A DNA stretch of 58,706 bases, from contig JAHJRV010000035.1 of the NCBI GenBank assembly GCA_018830725.1, forward strand, positions 1 to 58,706, given 5' to 3'. Under the pieces are notes generated by a model that worked only from the letters and a program-made list of their open reading frames with translations, did no database searches and was not told the origin of the DNA. Origin of the DNA: Actinomycetota bacterium. Lineage in GTDB: Bacteria > Actinomycetota > Humimicrobiia > JAHJRV01. Within the stretch, counting starts at the first letter, position 1. Each line of letters opens with the position of its first letter. A program made the position numbers and the translations under genes. Of this stretch, positions 18,223-28,630 are shown piece after piece.

Positions 18223-19059
18223 TTAACTATTTAATAATTCATGAGCTTTAGTAACAACTGATTCTATTTTATCATCAATATTTTTGAGAAATGAAGTTTC
18301 AATTATTTCTTTTTTAGTCAATCCTTTCGTAGCATAAATCCAAAACTCAATATTTCCATCTGCTCCTTTTATTGGTGAAAAGGTAATACCTTTAATATTT
18401 AATCCAATAATATGTTGAAAAAAAACTACCAAGTTAAGAAGAACACTCTTATGTAATTTTTTATCTTTTACAATACCTCCTTTTCCTACCATACCTTTAT
18501 CCACTTCAAATTGAGGCTTTATCAATGTTAAATATTCAGCATTATCTTTAGAAAGCCTTAAAATGTTATTAATAACTTTTTTAACAGAGATAAAAGATAA
18601 ATCTATTGTTGCCATATCAACTAAAAATGGTATTTCATTTGGATCTAAATATCTTATATTAGTTCTTTCAAAAATTATTACTTTTGAATTTTTTCTTAGT
18701 TTCCAAGAAAGTTGACCATATCCTACATCCACAGCAATTACTCTCTTAGCACCTTTTAATAACAAACAATCAGTAAATCCACCAGTCGATGCTCCAACAT
18801 CAAGAATCTTTTTCCCTTTAACATTTATATTGAATTTTTCAAGAGCTTTCTCAAGTTTTATTCCACCTCTTGAAACATAATCGTGATTTTTTTTATAAAT
18901 TTTAATATCTGAATTTTTTTTAATTAACGTTCCTGCTTTCTCTACCCTTTTACCATCAACATTAACTTTACCTTCAAGGATTAATGCCTTGGCCTTTTCT
19001 CTAGATTTTACTAATCCTCTTTCTACTAAAATTATATCTAATCTCTTCTTTAATATCAT
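18223..19059 (-). CDS. tlyA: TlyA-family rRNA 2'-O-methyltransferase
   Basis: N-terminal S4 RNA-binding domain and FtsJ-like SAM-binding motif DVGASTGGFTD. Confidence 0.85.
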   Translation of the reverse strand: MILKKRLDIILVERGLVKSREKAKALILEGKVNVDGKRVEKAGTLIKKNSDIKIYKKNHDYVSRGGIKLEKALEKFNINVKGKKILDVGASTGGFTDCLLLKGAKRVIAVDVGYGQLSWKLRKNSKVIIFERTNIRYLDPNEIPFLVDMATIDLSFISVKKVINNILRLSKDNAEYLTLIKPQFEVDKGMVGKGGIVKDKKLHKSVLLNLVVFFQHIIGLNIKGITFSPIKGADGNIEFWIYATKGLTKKEIIETSFLKNIDDKIESVVTKAHELLNS

Positions 19060-19087
19060 ATTTTAATTAATTTTTATTAAATTAAGT

Positions 19088-19963
19088 TTAACTTTTTCTT
19101 TCTAAAACAAAATCTGCAATATTGATTAAATCTTGAATTGGTAAATTTAAATCAGTAATTGAATTTTTTGCAAGTTCTATTTCTTTTTTTGCAATTTCTT
19201 TTGACTTTTTTAACCCATAATAACTCGGGTAAGTTATTTTCTTTAATGCTTTGTCATTTCCTGTTCTTTTGCCAGTATTTTTTTCCTTACCAACTTCATC
19301 TAATAAATCATCTGTAATCTGAAAAACTAATCCTAAATGCTCTCCAAATTCAGTGAATTTCTTTAGTTGATAATTATCTGCATTTGATACTATAGCACCA
19401 CATCTAACTGATGCTCTTATAAGTTTTCCAGTTTTATTGTTGTGAATAAAGTTTAAAGTTTCCTTTCCCACATTTTCACTATTTGAAATTATATCCATAA
19501 CCTGACCTGCTATCATTCCAGATGTTCCAGTAGCTTTAGATAGTTCTTCTGCTAACTTTAATACAACCTCATCAGATGAGTACTTTTTTTGTTTTAGAAC
19601 TAAATTAAGACTCTCGGAAAATAATGCATCTCCGGCTAAGATGGCTATATCCTCTCCAAATTTTATATGACACGTTGGTTTTCCTCTTCTCAACTTATCA
19701 TTGTCTATTGCAGGAAGATCATCATGAATCAAAGAAAAAGTATGTATAAATTCAATAGCACATGCAATCGGCATAACTTTATCATGAGACACTTTAAAAC
19801 TCTTCGCAACAAGAATAACAAGTATAGGTCTAAACCTCTTACCACCACTAAAGACAGAATATCTCATTGCATTAAATAATATCTTTGGTTCTCCCTCCAT
19901 GGAAGAAAGATAATATTCTAATGATTTATTCACTTTTTTAACTAATTCTAATGGATAACTCAT
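19088..19963 (-). CDS. ispA: (2E,6E)-farnesyl/geranyl diphosphate synthase
   Basis: First and second Asp-rich motifs LIHDDLPAIDND and QITDDLLD. Confidence 0.9.
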   Translation of the reverse strand: MSYPLELVKKVNKSLEYYLSSMEGEPKILFNAMRYSVFSGGKRFRPILVILVAKSFKVSHDKVMPIACAIEFIHTFSLIHDDLPAIDNDKLRRGKPTCHIKFGEDIAILAGDALFSESLNLVLKQKKYSSDEVVLKLAEELSKATGTSGMIAGQVMDIISNSENVGKETLNFIHNNKTGKLIRASVRCGAIVSNADNYQLKKFTEFGEHLGLVFQITDDLLDEVGKEKNTGKRTGNDKALKKITYPSYYGLKKSKEIAKKEIELAKNSITDLNLPIQDLINIADFVLERKS

Positions 19964-19977
19964 ATATCCTTCCTACT

Positions 19978-20394
19978 CTATATTTTTTCTTTTTTATCTA
20001 TTTTCATCTCTTCAACAACTTTTCCTAAAATGCCATTTACAAATTTACCAGATTCATTAGTACCATACTTTTTAGAAATTTCTATAGCTTCATTTATTGT
20101 AACCTTTAAAGGAATTTCTTGTTCAAACATAATTTCATAAAGAGCTATTCTTAACATATTCCTATCTAAAATGGACATTCTATCTATTTGCCAATTTGAT
20201 GAATGTAAGTTAATTATTTCATTTAAATTCTCAAAATTGTTTTTAACTCCTTTTACCAATTTTAAGGTGAATTGATCAATATTTTTTTTATTTTTTAAAT
20301 CCATTTTAATCAATTCATCAATATCTATATCTAATAAATCTGATTGATATAAATAAAAAAGAGCCTTCTCGCGAGCTTCTCTTCTCTTTAGCAT
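19978..20394 (-). CDS. nusB: Transcription antitermination factor NusB
   Basis: NusB-like length and sequence (REKALFYLYQ..., INEAIEISKKYG, FVNGILG). Confidence 0.88.
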   Translation of the reverse strand: MLKRREAREKALFYLYQSDLLDIDIDELIKMDLKNKKNIDQFTLKLVKGVKNNFENLNEIINLHSSNWQIDRMSILDRNMLRIALYEIMFEQEIPLKVTINEAIEISKKYGTNESGKFVNGILGKVVEEMKIDKKEKI

Positions 20395-20479
20395 TTATTA
20401 CCTTTTCTTATAAAAGTATTATTTTAATCTTTGTCTATTAAAAAATATTTATTAATATTCATAAATGTATTTATTACTT

Positions 20480-20839
20480 TTATTTTACATTAGTTATACT
20501 AACTTCACTTATAGTAACATTAACATTCTTCACTTCTAAGTTTGTCATAGTTTTTATTGCTTTTTCTACTTCTTCTTGAACCTTCTTTGCTATTTCCATT
20601 AAGTTTTTTCCATAATTTACAGAAATATTAACGTCAACTATAGCTTTACTATTCTCAACTTTGACACTAATTCCTTTTGTTATAATTTTTTTACCAAGTT
20701 TATCCTTGATTGATGACACAAAACCTTTTTTTAATGGAGCAACTCCATCAACTTTATGAGTAGCAATACCAACAATAGTTTCAAGAACATCACTTGATAT
20801 AATAACTTCTCCTATTTCAATTTGTTTGCTTATATTCAC
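20480..20839 (-). CDS. Asp23/Gls24-family envelope stress protein
   Basis: Asp23-family pattern (ISSDVLETIVGIAT...V.GV) and position next to nusB. Confidence 0.8.
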   Translation of the reverse strand: MNISKQIEIGEVIISSDVLETIVGIATHKVDGVAPLKKGFVSSIKDKLGKKIITKGISVKVENSKAIVDVNISVNYGKNLMEIAKKVQEEVEKAIKTMTNLEVKNVNVTISEVSITNVK

Positions 20840-20856
20840 GTATAACCTCCCTTACA

Positions 20857-21417
20857 CTATTTGATTCTTGTTACATATTCACCATTTCTGGTATCAATTT
20901 TAATTATATCTCCTTTGCTGATAAACATGGGTACCATAACAACTGCTCCTGTTTCAACAGTTGCGGGTTTGGATTGAGATGAAACTGTATCTCCTTTGAA
21001 CCCCGGTGTTGTATTAACTACTTCTAACTCAACAAAATTTGGAACATCTAGAGATACCAATTTCCCGTTATGTAATATTATTTTAATACCCGAGCCTTCT
21101 TTAAGATAGATAATCTTTTCTCCAAGCTTTTTTTCATCAACACTTCTCTGTTCATAAGTTTCTTTATCCATCAATACTAAATTACTACCATCCTTATATA
21201 AATATTGCATTTTTTTTCTATCAAGTATTGCTAACTTAAATTTCTCATCTGCTCTGAAGGTTTTTTCTATTGTTTCTCCAGATTTTAATTTCCTTAGTTT
21301 TACTTTTACCATTGCTCCCCTTCTGGCAATCTTTGAATGTTGAAACCAAATAATCTCATAAAGTTCATTATCTATAACTATAGTCATTCCAGTCTTAAAT
21401 TCAGTTGGTGATATCAA
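20857..21417 (-). CDS. efp: Elongation factor P
   Basis: Full-length EF-P similarity (MISPTEFKTGMTI..., KPATVETG). TTG start with an upstream AAGGAG. Confidence 0.93.
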   Translation of the reverse strand: MISPTEFKTGMTIVIDNELYEIIWFQHSKIARRGAMVKVKLRKLKSGETIEKTFRADEKFKLAILDRKKMQYLYKDGSNLVLMDKETYEQRSVDEKKLGEKIIYLKEGSGIKIILHNGKLVSLDVPNFVELEVVNTTPGFKGDTVSSQSKPATVETGAVVMVPMFISKGDIIKIDTRNGEYVTRIK

Positions 21418-21438
21418 AAAATCAACTCCTTTAAAAAA

Positions 21439-22518
21439 CTAAATTTCATAAAAGATTTTTTCAGTTTTACTTAGTATCTCATATCCATCATCAGTTACTA
21501 AAACTAAATCCTCAATTCTAACTCCACCAAAATCTGAAAAATATATTCCTGGTTCAATTGTTATAACCATGCCTTTTTTTAAAATATCCTCAGAATTTTT
21601 TGTTAAAGCTGGTGATTCATGTATATCCAATCCTACACCATGACCTAATCCATGTAAGAAATTTTCACCATAACCCTTTTCAGTAATAATATATCTCGCA
21701 ATCTTATCTAAATTTTTACATTTTATACCCGCTCTTACTGCACTTAAAGCTTTAGTCTGAGCTTCTAAAACAATATTAAAAATATTTTTTTGTCTACTAT
21801 TAGATTTTCCAATAACTACCATTCTGGTCATATCAGAATGGTAACCATCAATGATTGAACCAAAGTCTAATTTCACTAAATCGCCATCTTCCACAACTTT
21901 ATTACTAGCAGTAGCATGAGGCATAGACGACATAATTCCTGATGCAATAATTGTATCAAAGGATTCCTTATCAGCTCCCAAATCTCTTAAAATAAAATCC
22001 AACCTGTTAGCAATATCTCTCTCTTTCATTCCAACTTCTATCTCATTAATTATTATACTGAATGCCTTATCAGATATATTTGCTGCTTTTGTTATTAAAT
22101 CAATCTCTTCTTTTGATTTAACTGTTCGCATTTCTTCAACCCATCTGGATATGGGAATCAATTCTACTTTTGGAATTACCTTATTTATTTTAAGAAAAAC
22201 TTGATAAGAGATATGATTTGATTCAAATCCAAGTTTTTTAAGTTTAATTTCATTTATTAAATTTGAAAAATGTTTAATGTATGGTCTTTCCCATATATAT
22301 TTTTTATAATAAGGTGCCTGTTCATTAGCTTGTTCAGTAAATCTTGAGTCTGTAAGAAGATATTGTTGATTTTTAGTTAAAAGAATCCAGGAGCCAGAGC
22401 CTTTTCCAAAAAAACCACTCAAATACCTGATGTTATTCTCTCCAACTATTAAAAATCCATCCAATTTACTTTCTAAAAATTTTTCTCTGATGCTGTTTGT
22501 TCGAAATTCATGATCCAT
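21439..22518 (-). CDS. pepP: Xaa-Pro aminopeptidase (peptidase M24B)
   Basis: Creatinase-like N-terminal domain plus M24 metal ligands (HGLGHGVGLDIHE, EPG, VRIED). Confidence 0.88.
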   Translation of the reverse strand: MDHEFRTNSIREKFLESKLDGFLIVGENNIRYLSGFFGKGSGSWILLTKNQQYLLTDSRFTEQANEQAPYYKKYIWERPYIKHFSNLINEIKLKKLGFESNHISYQVFLKINKVIPKVELIPISRWVEEMRTVKSKEEIDLITKAANISDKAFSIIINEIEVGMKERDIANRLDFILRDLGADKESFDTIIASGIMSSMPHATASNKVVEDGDLVKLDFGSIIDGYHSDMTRMVVIGKSNSRQKNIFNIVLEAQTKALSAVRAGIKCKNLDKIARYIITEKGYGENFLHGLGHGVGLDIHESPALTKNSEDILKKGMVITIEPGIYFSDFGGVRIEDLVLVTDDGYEILSKTEKIFYEI

Positions 22519-22593
22519 TTATATTCCTTTAATTTAAAAGTTTTTATTGAAGTATTATTTCATAAATAACTTTTGAAATATTTTGTTTTAAGG

Positions 22594-23742
22594 TTATTTT
22601 AGATTTTTTATATAATCCCTTACAATCTGTCCACTTCCTTTTCCGTTAAATGCTTCTATAAATTCACTTGAAGACTTTTTACTTGCATCAGCAATTTTCT
22701 GCTTATACTCATCATCAATATCTTCTATTTCCTGCTTGAAAACTTTTATAGCATACTTTATATTCTTTCCAATAATCTCTCTATCAGAAATATCTGGTTT
22801 CTTGGCTCTAACTTTCTCAGCATAATTTTTCATGGTCCAATCTGCCATTCTTTTAGCAAGTTCTGGTGGCATATTTTCAATTGCTATATCTTGAAAGTTT
22901 GTAGCAACATTTCCCTTAACAATTCCTGCATCAATTAATTTATGCATCATTTCAAGAGGTGTCCCTGTTATTCCATGTTGAGCAATTTTTACACCAAAGG
23001 GAGCAATAGAATTTGCAATTTCTCGAGTTCTTTCATCATCAATACCTAAAATAGGAATTATATTTCCTTCTTCATCATAAATATTTCCATGAACTGTTCC
23101 ATTGTTAATGGCAATAAGATCAGGATAAACATCATTTTCATGCAGAGATTTTATAAATGTTACTGCTTCATCAACTGTTGTTAATTCCTGCTTACCTGTT
23201 TCTGGGTCAATCTTTCCTATTTCACCTACTTCAACTTCTAGTCCATAATCTTCTCTTGTCTTTCCTTTCTCTGCCATCAACCTTTTTATAAGTTTTGCAA
23301 TTCTCGTAGTAATTTCAATATTATCAGCAAGTTGTTCTCTTGTTGTCTCTGCTTCTATATTAAAATTGTGAGAGGCATCAATTGCAAAAGATGTAAATCC
23401 AGCTTCAACCTCTTTTTTAACAATTTCCTCTGCTGATTTAATAGCTTCAGATGTATTTTCAGGAATCGTTATGTGATCACCATGAATGCAATAGGGTGTA
23501 TTAAAATCAATTTTATGAGCTATCTCTTTCACATAATTTGCATATTCTTCAGGTGGTTGCGCAGTATATCCAGTCTCTGATTTCGCAATTTCAAATATTA
23601 TCGCAGCATCTGCTTCTTTTGCAGCCTCCATTACACCATGTAAGCAATGTCTAATTCTTACATTTACTGCCATTGCAATTACATCTTTATCCCTTAATGC
23701 ATTAAACATTAATTTTCCTGAAATAGGTTTATTGTAGTTCAT
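22594..23742 (-). CDS. fba: Class II fructose/ketose-bisphosphate aldolase
   Basis: Class II aldolase motifs: IHGDH, IDASH, EVEVGEIG, NNGTVHGNIY, QHGITG. Confidence 0.75.
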   Translation of the reverse strand: MNYNKPISGKLMFNALRDKDVIAMAVNVRIRHCLHGVMEAAKEADAAIIFEIAKSETGYTAQPPEEYANYVKEIAHKIDFNTPYCIHGDHITIPENTSEAIKSAEEIVKKEVEAGFTSFAIDASHNFNIEAETTREQLADNIEITTRIAKLIKRLMAEKGKTREDYGLEVEVGEIGKIDPETGKQELTTVDEAVTFIKSLHENDVYPDLIAINNGTVHGNIYDEEGNIIPILGIDDERTREIANSIAPFGVKIAQHGITGTPLEMMHKLIDAGIVKGNVATNFQDIAIENMPPELAKRMADWTMKNYAEKVRAKKPDISDREIIGKNIKYAIKVFKQEIEDIDDEYKQKIADASKKSSSEFIEAFNGKGSGQIVRDYIKNLK

Positions 23743-23866
23743 TTTCTCTCCTTCCTATAAATTTTTAATATTACATAATAATTACTAAACATCAAGCTTC
23801 ATTTACATATATTTTTAGATAATATTTAATTTTATTCTAAATACAATTATATTGCAGAAATACTTT

Positions 23867-24607
23867 TTAAAAAAAATATGCAAGAATTGCTCCAATTGCT
23901 AAGAATGGAGCAAAAGGTATTTCATCCTTTATCTTTTTTATTTTAAAAATTAATAAAAAAATGCTGAATAACCCACCAATTATAAATCCTATTGCAATAG
24001 CTACTACTACTTTTTTACCTAGTAGAATTCCTAAAAAAGTAGCAAGCTTTACATCACCCATTCCCATACCCTCAGGATAGATCAGTGAGATTATTAAAAA
24101 AAATAAACCTGCACAAACTGAAAATATTACCCACTGCATTGTTTTATCAGGAAAGAATAAAATCTGTAAAGCAAGTCCAATTATTATAGATGGAACAATT
24201 ATCTTATTAGGTATTATTCTATGTTTGATATCTATAAATGAAATTAAAATTAAGATTGTTCCAAAAAATATTGCAGGTAATAACTTTAATGGTTGCTTTT
24301 TAAAGGTCACAAAATAGAAATAGCAAAAGGGGTAATAAATTGATGTTAATATTTCTAAAAATAGAGAGATTAGTGGAAAAGTGTGATCACATTTTAAGCA
24401 TTTCCTTTTATTTAAAATGTAATCTAAAAAGGGTATAAAAAAATATCTGGTTCTTACCTTACAATGGGGACATAATGAAAAAAATCTTATATAAATATTA
24501 TCCCCAATATTTTTATCTATTGCATTTTCATATAAAAAATTATTAAGGAATTTACCAATCAAAGAGCCAGAATATATAAATAAAATTATAAAAACAAAAT
24601 CATTCAT
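23867..24607 (-). CDS. pilD: Prepilin peptidase (A24 family)
   Basis: N-terminal Cys pairs (CPHC ... CLKC), multiple TM helices, and catalytic Asp contexts including GMGDVKL. Confidence 0.88.
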   Translation of the reverse strand: MNDFVFIILFIYSGSLIGKFLNNFLYENAIDKNIGDNIYIRFFSLCPHCKVRTRYFFIPFLDYILNKRKCLKCDHTFPLISLFLEILTSIYYPFCYFYFVTFKKQPLKLLPAIFFGTILILISFIDIKHRIIPNKIIVPSIIIGLALQILFFPDKTMQWVIFSVCAGLFFLIISLIYPEGMGMGDVKLATFLGILLGKKVVVAIAIGFIIGGLFSIFLLIFKIKKIKDEIPFAPFLAIGAILAYFF

Positions 24608-24616
24608 TACATATAT

Positions 24617-24645
24617 TTGAACTATTTAAGAGATGTGTTTACAAC
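24617..24645. repeat. 29-nt motif, copy A (TTGAACTATTTAAGAGATGTGTTTACAAC on + strand)
   Basis: Exact reverse complement of copy C (52469-52497). Matches 25 of 29 positions with the reverse complement of copy B (25101-25129). Confidence 0.85.
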
Positions 24646-24684
24646 CATACATTTAATACACCTGATAAATAAATTTTAATTTAA

Positions 24685-25062
24685 CTAAGAGATAAATTTT
24701 CCATTTGAATATTTTATATTTGGTTCTTTACTAATACAGGTAAATATATAAACTGTCTCTTTCCCGGTATAAAGATAAGGTTTACCCCAGGGATCTTTTT
24801 CAGGAATAGATCCAATATATTCTTTATCAATTAATTCTTTCAAGCAAATATTCAATTCCCCATCTTTAACAGGATAAGTTTTATTAGTTTTAAAATATTG
24901 TTCAAGAGCAAATCCTATATTTTCAAAATCCTCTCTAACCTTCAATATCCTTTTTCTCTCCAAAATTTCAAAATAAAAAGGAACAAAAATAGATGCTAAT
25001 ATAGCCAGAATTAAAATAATCACAAAAAGTTCAATTAGACTTAGTCCAGATTCACCTTTCAT
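24685..25062 (-). CDS. Prepilin-type (GspG/ComGC-like) pseudopilin
   Basis: Class III signal peptide KGESG|LSLIELFVIILILAILASI and the GspG-like DPWGKPY motif. Confidence 0.85.
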   Translation of the reverse strand: MKGESGLSLIELFVIILILAILASIFVPFYFEILERKRILKVREDFENIGFALEQYFKTNKTYPVKDGELNICLKELIDKEYIGSIPEKDPWGKPYLYTGKETVYIFTCISKEPNIKYSNGKFIS

Positions 25063-25100
25063 CGGAAATCCTATTTCTTAAAACTTTTAAAAATATCAAG

Positions 25101-25129
25101 AGCTGTATACACATCTCTTAAATATTTCA
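25101..25129. repeat. 29-nt motif, copy B (GCTGTATACACATCTCTTAAATATTTCAG on + strand)
   Basis: Inverted relative to copy A and in the same orientation as copy C. It shares additional upstream similarity with copy C (TTTTAAA..TAT.AAGAG). Confidence 0.85.
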
Positions 25130-25227
25130 GTTTGCTTTTAATGTTTATATAAAATTCTTTATATTTTTTATGTATTTTACTACAGGAAATTGATAAAGTG
25201 AATATAAATCGGATTATTAGCTACTAA

Positions 25228-26439
25228 TCATTTAAATTTTATGGAGTATCTATTGCCAGGATGACGATTAATAATATCTTTTAATTCGAGTAATGTAAGA
25301 ATATTCCCAGCCTTAGCAATACTAAAATCACATTTTTTAACAATTTCGTCTATATGTTGTGGAAAATCATCCAATATAAAATATACTTTTTTCTCCTCAT
25401 TTTTCAGGTTTTTAATTAGAGAGTCTATATTTAATGATTTTTTATATCCAGTTTCTTTTTTGGTTTCCTTTCTTATTTCTTCTTTACTTTTTCTTCTTTT
25501 TCTTTCTTCGTAATCTTTGATATTTTTTATCTCAAGTCCAAATTCCTCAAGAATATCATCTACACTTGTAACCAATTTTGCTCCATCCTGGATTAATCGA
25601 TTTACACCAATTGAATTCTCATTAAAAATCGCACCAGGAACAGCAAAAACTTCCCTTCCTTGATCAAGAGCAAAATTTGCTGTAATTAAAGCTCCACTCC
25701 TCTCCCCTGCTTCTACAATTACAACTCCATAACTTATTCCACTAATTAATCTATTTCTTCTCGGAAAATTTAATCTTTCAGGAGGAGTTCCAAGGGGAAA
25801 TTCACTTACTATACTTCCTTTACCAATTAATTCTTTATATAAATCCTTATTTTCCTTTGGATAACAAATATCTAATCCATTTCCAAAAATAGCAATGGTT
25901 CCACCAATCTCATCTTTTGCTCCAATATGAGCAGCTGTATCAATTCCCCTGGCAAATCCACTTACAATCGTTATTCCTAATGATGAAAGTTGATTAGCCA
26001 ATTGACATGCAGCACTTTTACCATACTTAGTAGCTCTTCTACTACCTACAATTGAAATTGCTTGCGAAAGATTAGTAAGTTTGTCACCCATGTAATAAAG
26101 AATTGGTGGAGGACTGTATAATTCTTTTAATAATGGAGGGTAATTCAAATCATCAAAAAGCATTATTTTTGCACTCATTTTCTTCAATCTTATTATCTGG
26201 CTTTTAACCCAGATATCTATATTATGCTCATCTGAGAAGGAATTTTTAGTGTTATGAATATTTTGTTCATTATTTTGATCATTTTTAAATTTAAATTCTA
26301 ACTGATTATTCTTTCGAACAAAATTCCAAATTTTGTTTAATTCACCAAACTGTTCATATAATATATAAAACTTTCGAGGTGTCATACCTTTGACAGCCAT
26401 TATCTTCATAACAAGTATTTCTTTTTCATATTTCTTCAT
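25228..26439 (-). CDS. dprA: DNA processing protein DprA/Smf
   Basis: Rossmann-like DprA core (IVGSRRATKYG, GFARGIDTAAH, GALITA) with a C-terminal winged-helix-like extension. Confidence 0.9.
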   Translation of the reverse strand: MKKYEKEILVMKIMAVKGMTPRKFYILYEQFGELNKIWNFVRKNNQLEFKFKNDQNNEQNIHNTKNSFSDEHNIDIWVKSQIIRLKKMSAKIMLFDDLNYPPLLKELYSPPPILYYMGDKLTNLSQAISIVGSRRATKYGKSAACQLANQLSSLGITIVSGFARGIDTAAHIGAKDEIGGTIAIFGNGLDICYPKENKDLYKELIGKGSIVSEFPLGTPPERLNFPRRNRLISGISYGVVIVEAGERSGALITANFALDQGREVFAVPGAIFNENSIGVNRLIQDGAKLVTSVDDILEEFGLEIKNIKDYEERKRRKSKEEIRKETKKETGYKKSLNIDSLIKNLKNEEKKVYFILDDFPQHIDEIVKKCDFSIAKAGNILTLLELKDIINRHPGNRYSIKFK

Positions 26440-26501
26440 TAGGTTATTGACTTCAACCTCTTCTGTATATTTAATTTAGAATGTTTGATAATATATTATT
26501 A

Positions 26502-28037
26502 TTAGAAATATTTTTTATCTGAAACCCGATATTGAATAGCTTCTGAAATATGATTTATTTTTATATCCTCGCTTTTATCCAGGTCAGCAATAGTTCTGGA
26601 TACTTTTAAAATTCTATAGTAGCCTCTTCCACTTATACCCATTTTCTCTATCGCCATCTCAAGAAGTCTTTTTGCATCTTCATTTAACTTACAATACTTA
26701 GAAACATGTTTTGTATTCATGTATGCATTACAACTTATCGCATCTTTTAAAAACCTCTTTCTTTGCACAGCTCTTGCCTTTTGTACTCTTTTTCTAATAT
26801 CAGCAGAGCTTTCATTATCAGAATCTCCTGTTAAATCCTCTTTTGATAATCTTGGAACAAAAACATGTATATCAATTCTATCTAAAAGTGGTCCCGATAA
26901 TCTTTTCTTATAGTTAGATATTTGATAATATGAACATCTACACTTATTAAAACTATCTCCTAAAAAACCACATGGACAGGGGTTTGCTGAAGCAATTAGC
27001 ATAAATTTTGATGGATATGTAAAAGATGCTTTATTTCGAGAAATTATAACTTTTCCATCCTCCATTGGTTGTCTTAAAGATTCTAAAGCACTTCTACCAA
27101 ATTGAGGTATCTCATCTAAGAACAAAACTCCATTATGAGCTAATGAAATTTCCCCAGGTTTTGGATAATTACCCCCACCTATTAATCCTATATCAGTTAT
27201 TGTGTGATGAGGACTTCTAAAGGGCCTATTCTTCATTAAATGTGAATTGGAAGATAATAATCCTGATATAGAATATATTTTAGTTACTTCCATAATCTCA
27301 TCAAAAGTCATTTCAGATATAATTGTTGGAATTCTTCTAGCTAACATGCTCTTACCAGCTCCAGGAGGACCTGTTAAAATAACGTTGTGACCTCCTGCTA
27401 CTGCAATCTCCAATGCTCTTTTAACCTGAAATTGCCCTCTTACATCTCTAAAATCAATATCATCATTTGGGATTCTTTTTAAAAGACTTTTTCTATCAAT
27501 ATTTACTGATTTGATATCAATTTTATTTGATAAAAAATCCACAACCTGATTTAGATTTTCAACAGGAATCACTTTTATTTCAGAAATCATAGCTGCTTCT
27601 ATAGCATTTTCTTTTGGAATTATTAGATATTCTTTCCCTTCATTTTTACAATTAATTGCCATTGATAAAGCACCTTTTAGTCTTTTTATATCACCATTGA
27701 GAGAAAGCTCACCAACAAACATATATTTTTCAAGATTGTCTATATTTAACTGTTTTGTTGCTAACAAAATACATAAAGCAATTGGTAAATCATATGCTGG
27801 TCCCTCCTTTTTTAAATCTGCTGGTGCTAAATTGACTGTAATTCTCTCTAGAGGAAAATGAAATTCAGAAGATGATATTCCAGCTCTTACTCTCTCTTTT
27901 GATTCATTTACTGCTTTATCAGGTAACCCAACAATGTGAAAACTTGGTAAAGATTTTGTGAGGAATACTTCTACTTCAACTTTAAATGCATCAAGTCCAA
28001 AAATACCACTAGAGTCTAACCTTGCTAACATATTCAT
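26502..28037 (-). CDS. comM: Mg-chelatase-like AAA+ protein YifB/ComM
   Basis: N-terminal Lon-protease-like domain, Walker A LTGPPGAGKSML, Walker B LFLDE, and the C-terminal domain typical of ComM. Confidence 0.9.
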   Translation of the reverse strand: MNMLARLDSSGIFGLDAFKVEVEVFLTKSLPSFHIVGLPDKAVNESKERVRAGISSSEFHFPLERITVNLAPADLKKEGPAYDLPIALCILLATKQLNIDNLEKYMFVGELSLNGDIKRLKGALSMAINCKNEGKEYLIIPKENAIEAAMISEIKVIPVENLNQVVDFLSNKIDIKSVNIDRKSLLKRIPNDDIDFRDVRGQFQVKRALEIAVAGGHNVILTGPPGAGKSMLARRIPTIISEMTFDEIMEVTKIYSISGLLSSNSHLMKNRPFRSPHHTITDIGLIGGGNYPKPGEISLAHNGVLFLDEIPQFGRSALESLRQPMEDGKVIISRNKASFTYPSKFMLIASANPCPCGFLGDSFNKCRCSYYQISNYKKRLSGPLLDRIDIHVFVPRLSKEDLTGDSDNESSADIRKRVQKARAVQRKRFLKDAISCNAYMNTKHVSKYCKLNEDAKRLLEMAIEKMGISGRGYYRILKVSRTIADLDKSEDIKINHISEAIQYRVSDKKYF

Positions 28038-28294
28038 TGTTTTAATTTTAAATATTATAGAAATGATTTAAATATTAGGTTTCTAAATTATTTTATCAAA
28101 AAATACATAATTATGCAAATATATATTAATATAAAAATGTATTATATTTTTATTGAATTAGCAAATCTTTAAAAAAAATAAATGTGATATAACTATTTTT
28201 AGTTTTGAATATATATTTAATAAAATGAATTAGTTCTAAGTTTTTTTTATCTGTAAATAATTTAAAAATTAAAAAAAAGAAGGGAGGTGAAAAG

Positions 28295-28630
28295 ATGCTT
28301 CAGGTTATATGGCATTATAATGTAAAAGAAGGAAAATACAATGATTTTAAAAATTGGATTTTAGAAATCCAAGATAAATGGTCTCAAATACAGTCACCCG
28401 GTTGGAAATATTTAGGAACTTACTGTACTGTTCTTAATATGGGTATACTTGATTGGCAGGATAGATATGAAATAGAGAATATGGCAGCTTTTGATACTCT
28501 TAGAGAATATGAAAATGAAGAATATACTAAGATTATGAAAGAATTTTATAGTTTCGTTGATTATAATTATTATACGAAGATTGAAGTAATAAGAGATGTT
28601 GCAACCATAAAGATATTAGAAGGAACATAA
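28295..28630 (+). CDS. Hypothetical small Trp/Tyr-rich protein
   Basis: Strong RBS (GAAGGGAGGTG 5 nt before ATG) and a clean 111-aa ORF. I recognise no motif. Confidence 0.6.
   Translation: MLQVIWHYNVKEGKYNDFKNWILEIQDKWSQIQSPGWKYLGTYCTVLNMGILDWQDRYEIENMAAFDTLREYENEEYTKIMKEFYSFVDYNYYTKIEVIRDVATIKILEGT

Noticed and set aside
24617-25129. Possibility that the 29-nt motif is a CRISPR repeat, given its length and GTTGTA... start.
   Set aside because: The copies are 455 bp and about 27 kb apart, two of them are mutually inverted, and there are no regularly spaced repeats or cas genes in the window.
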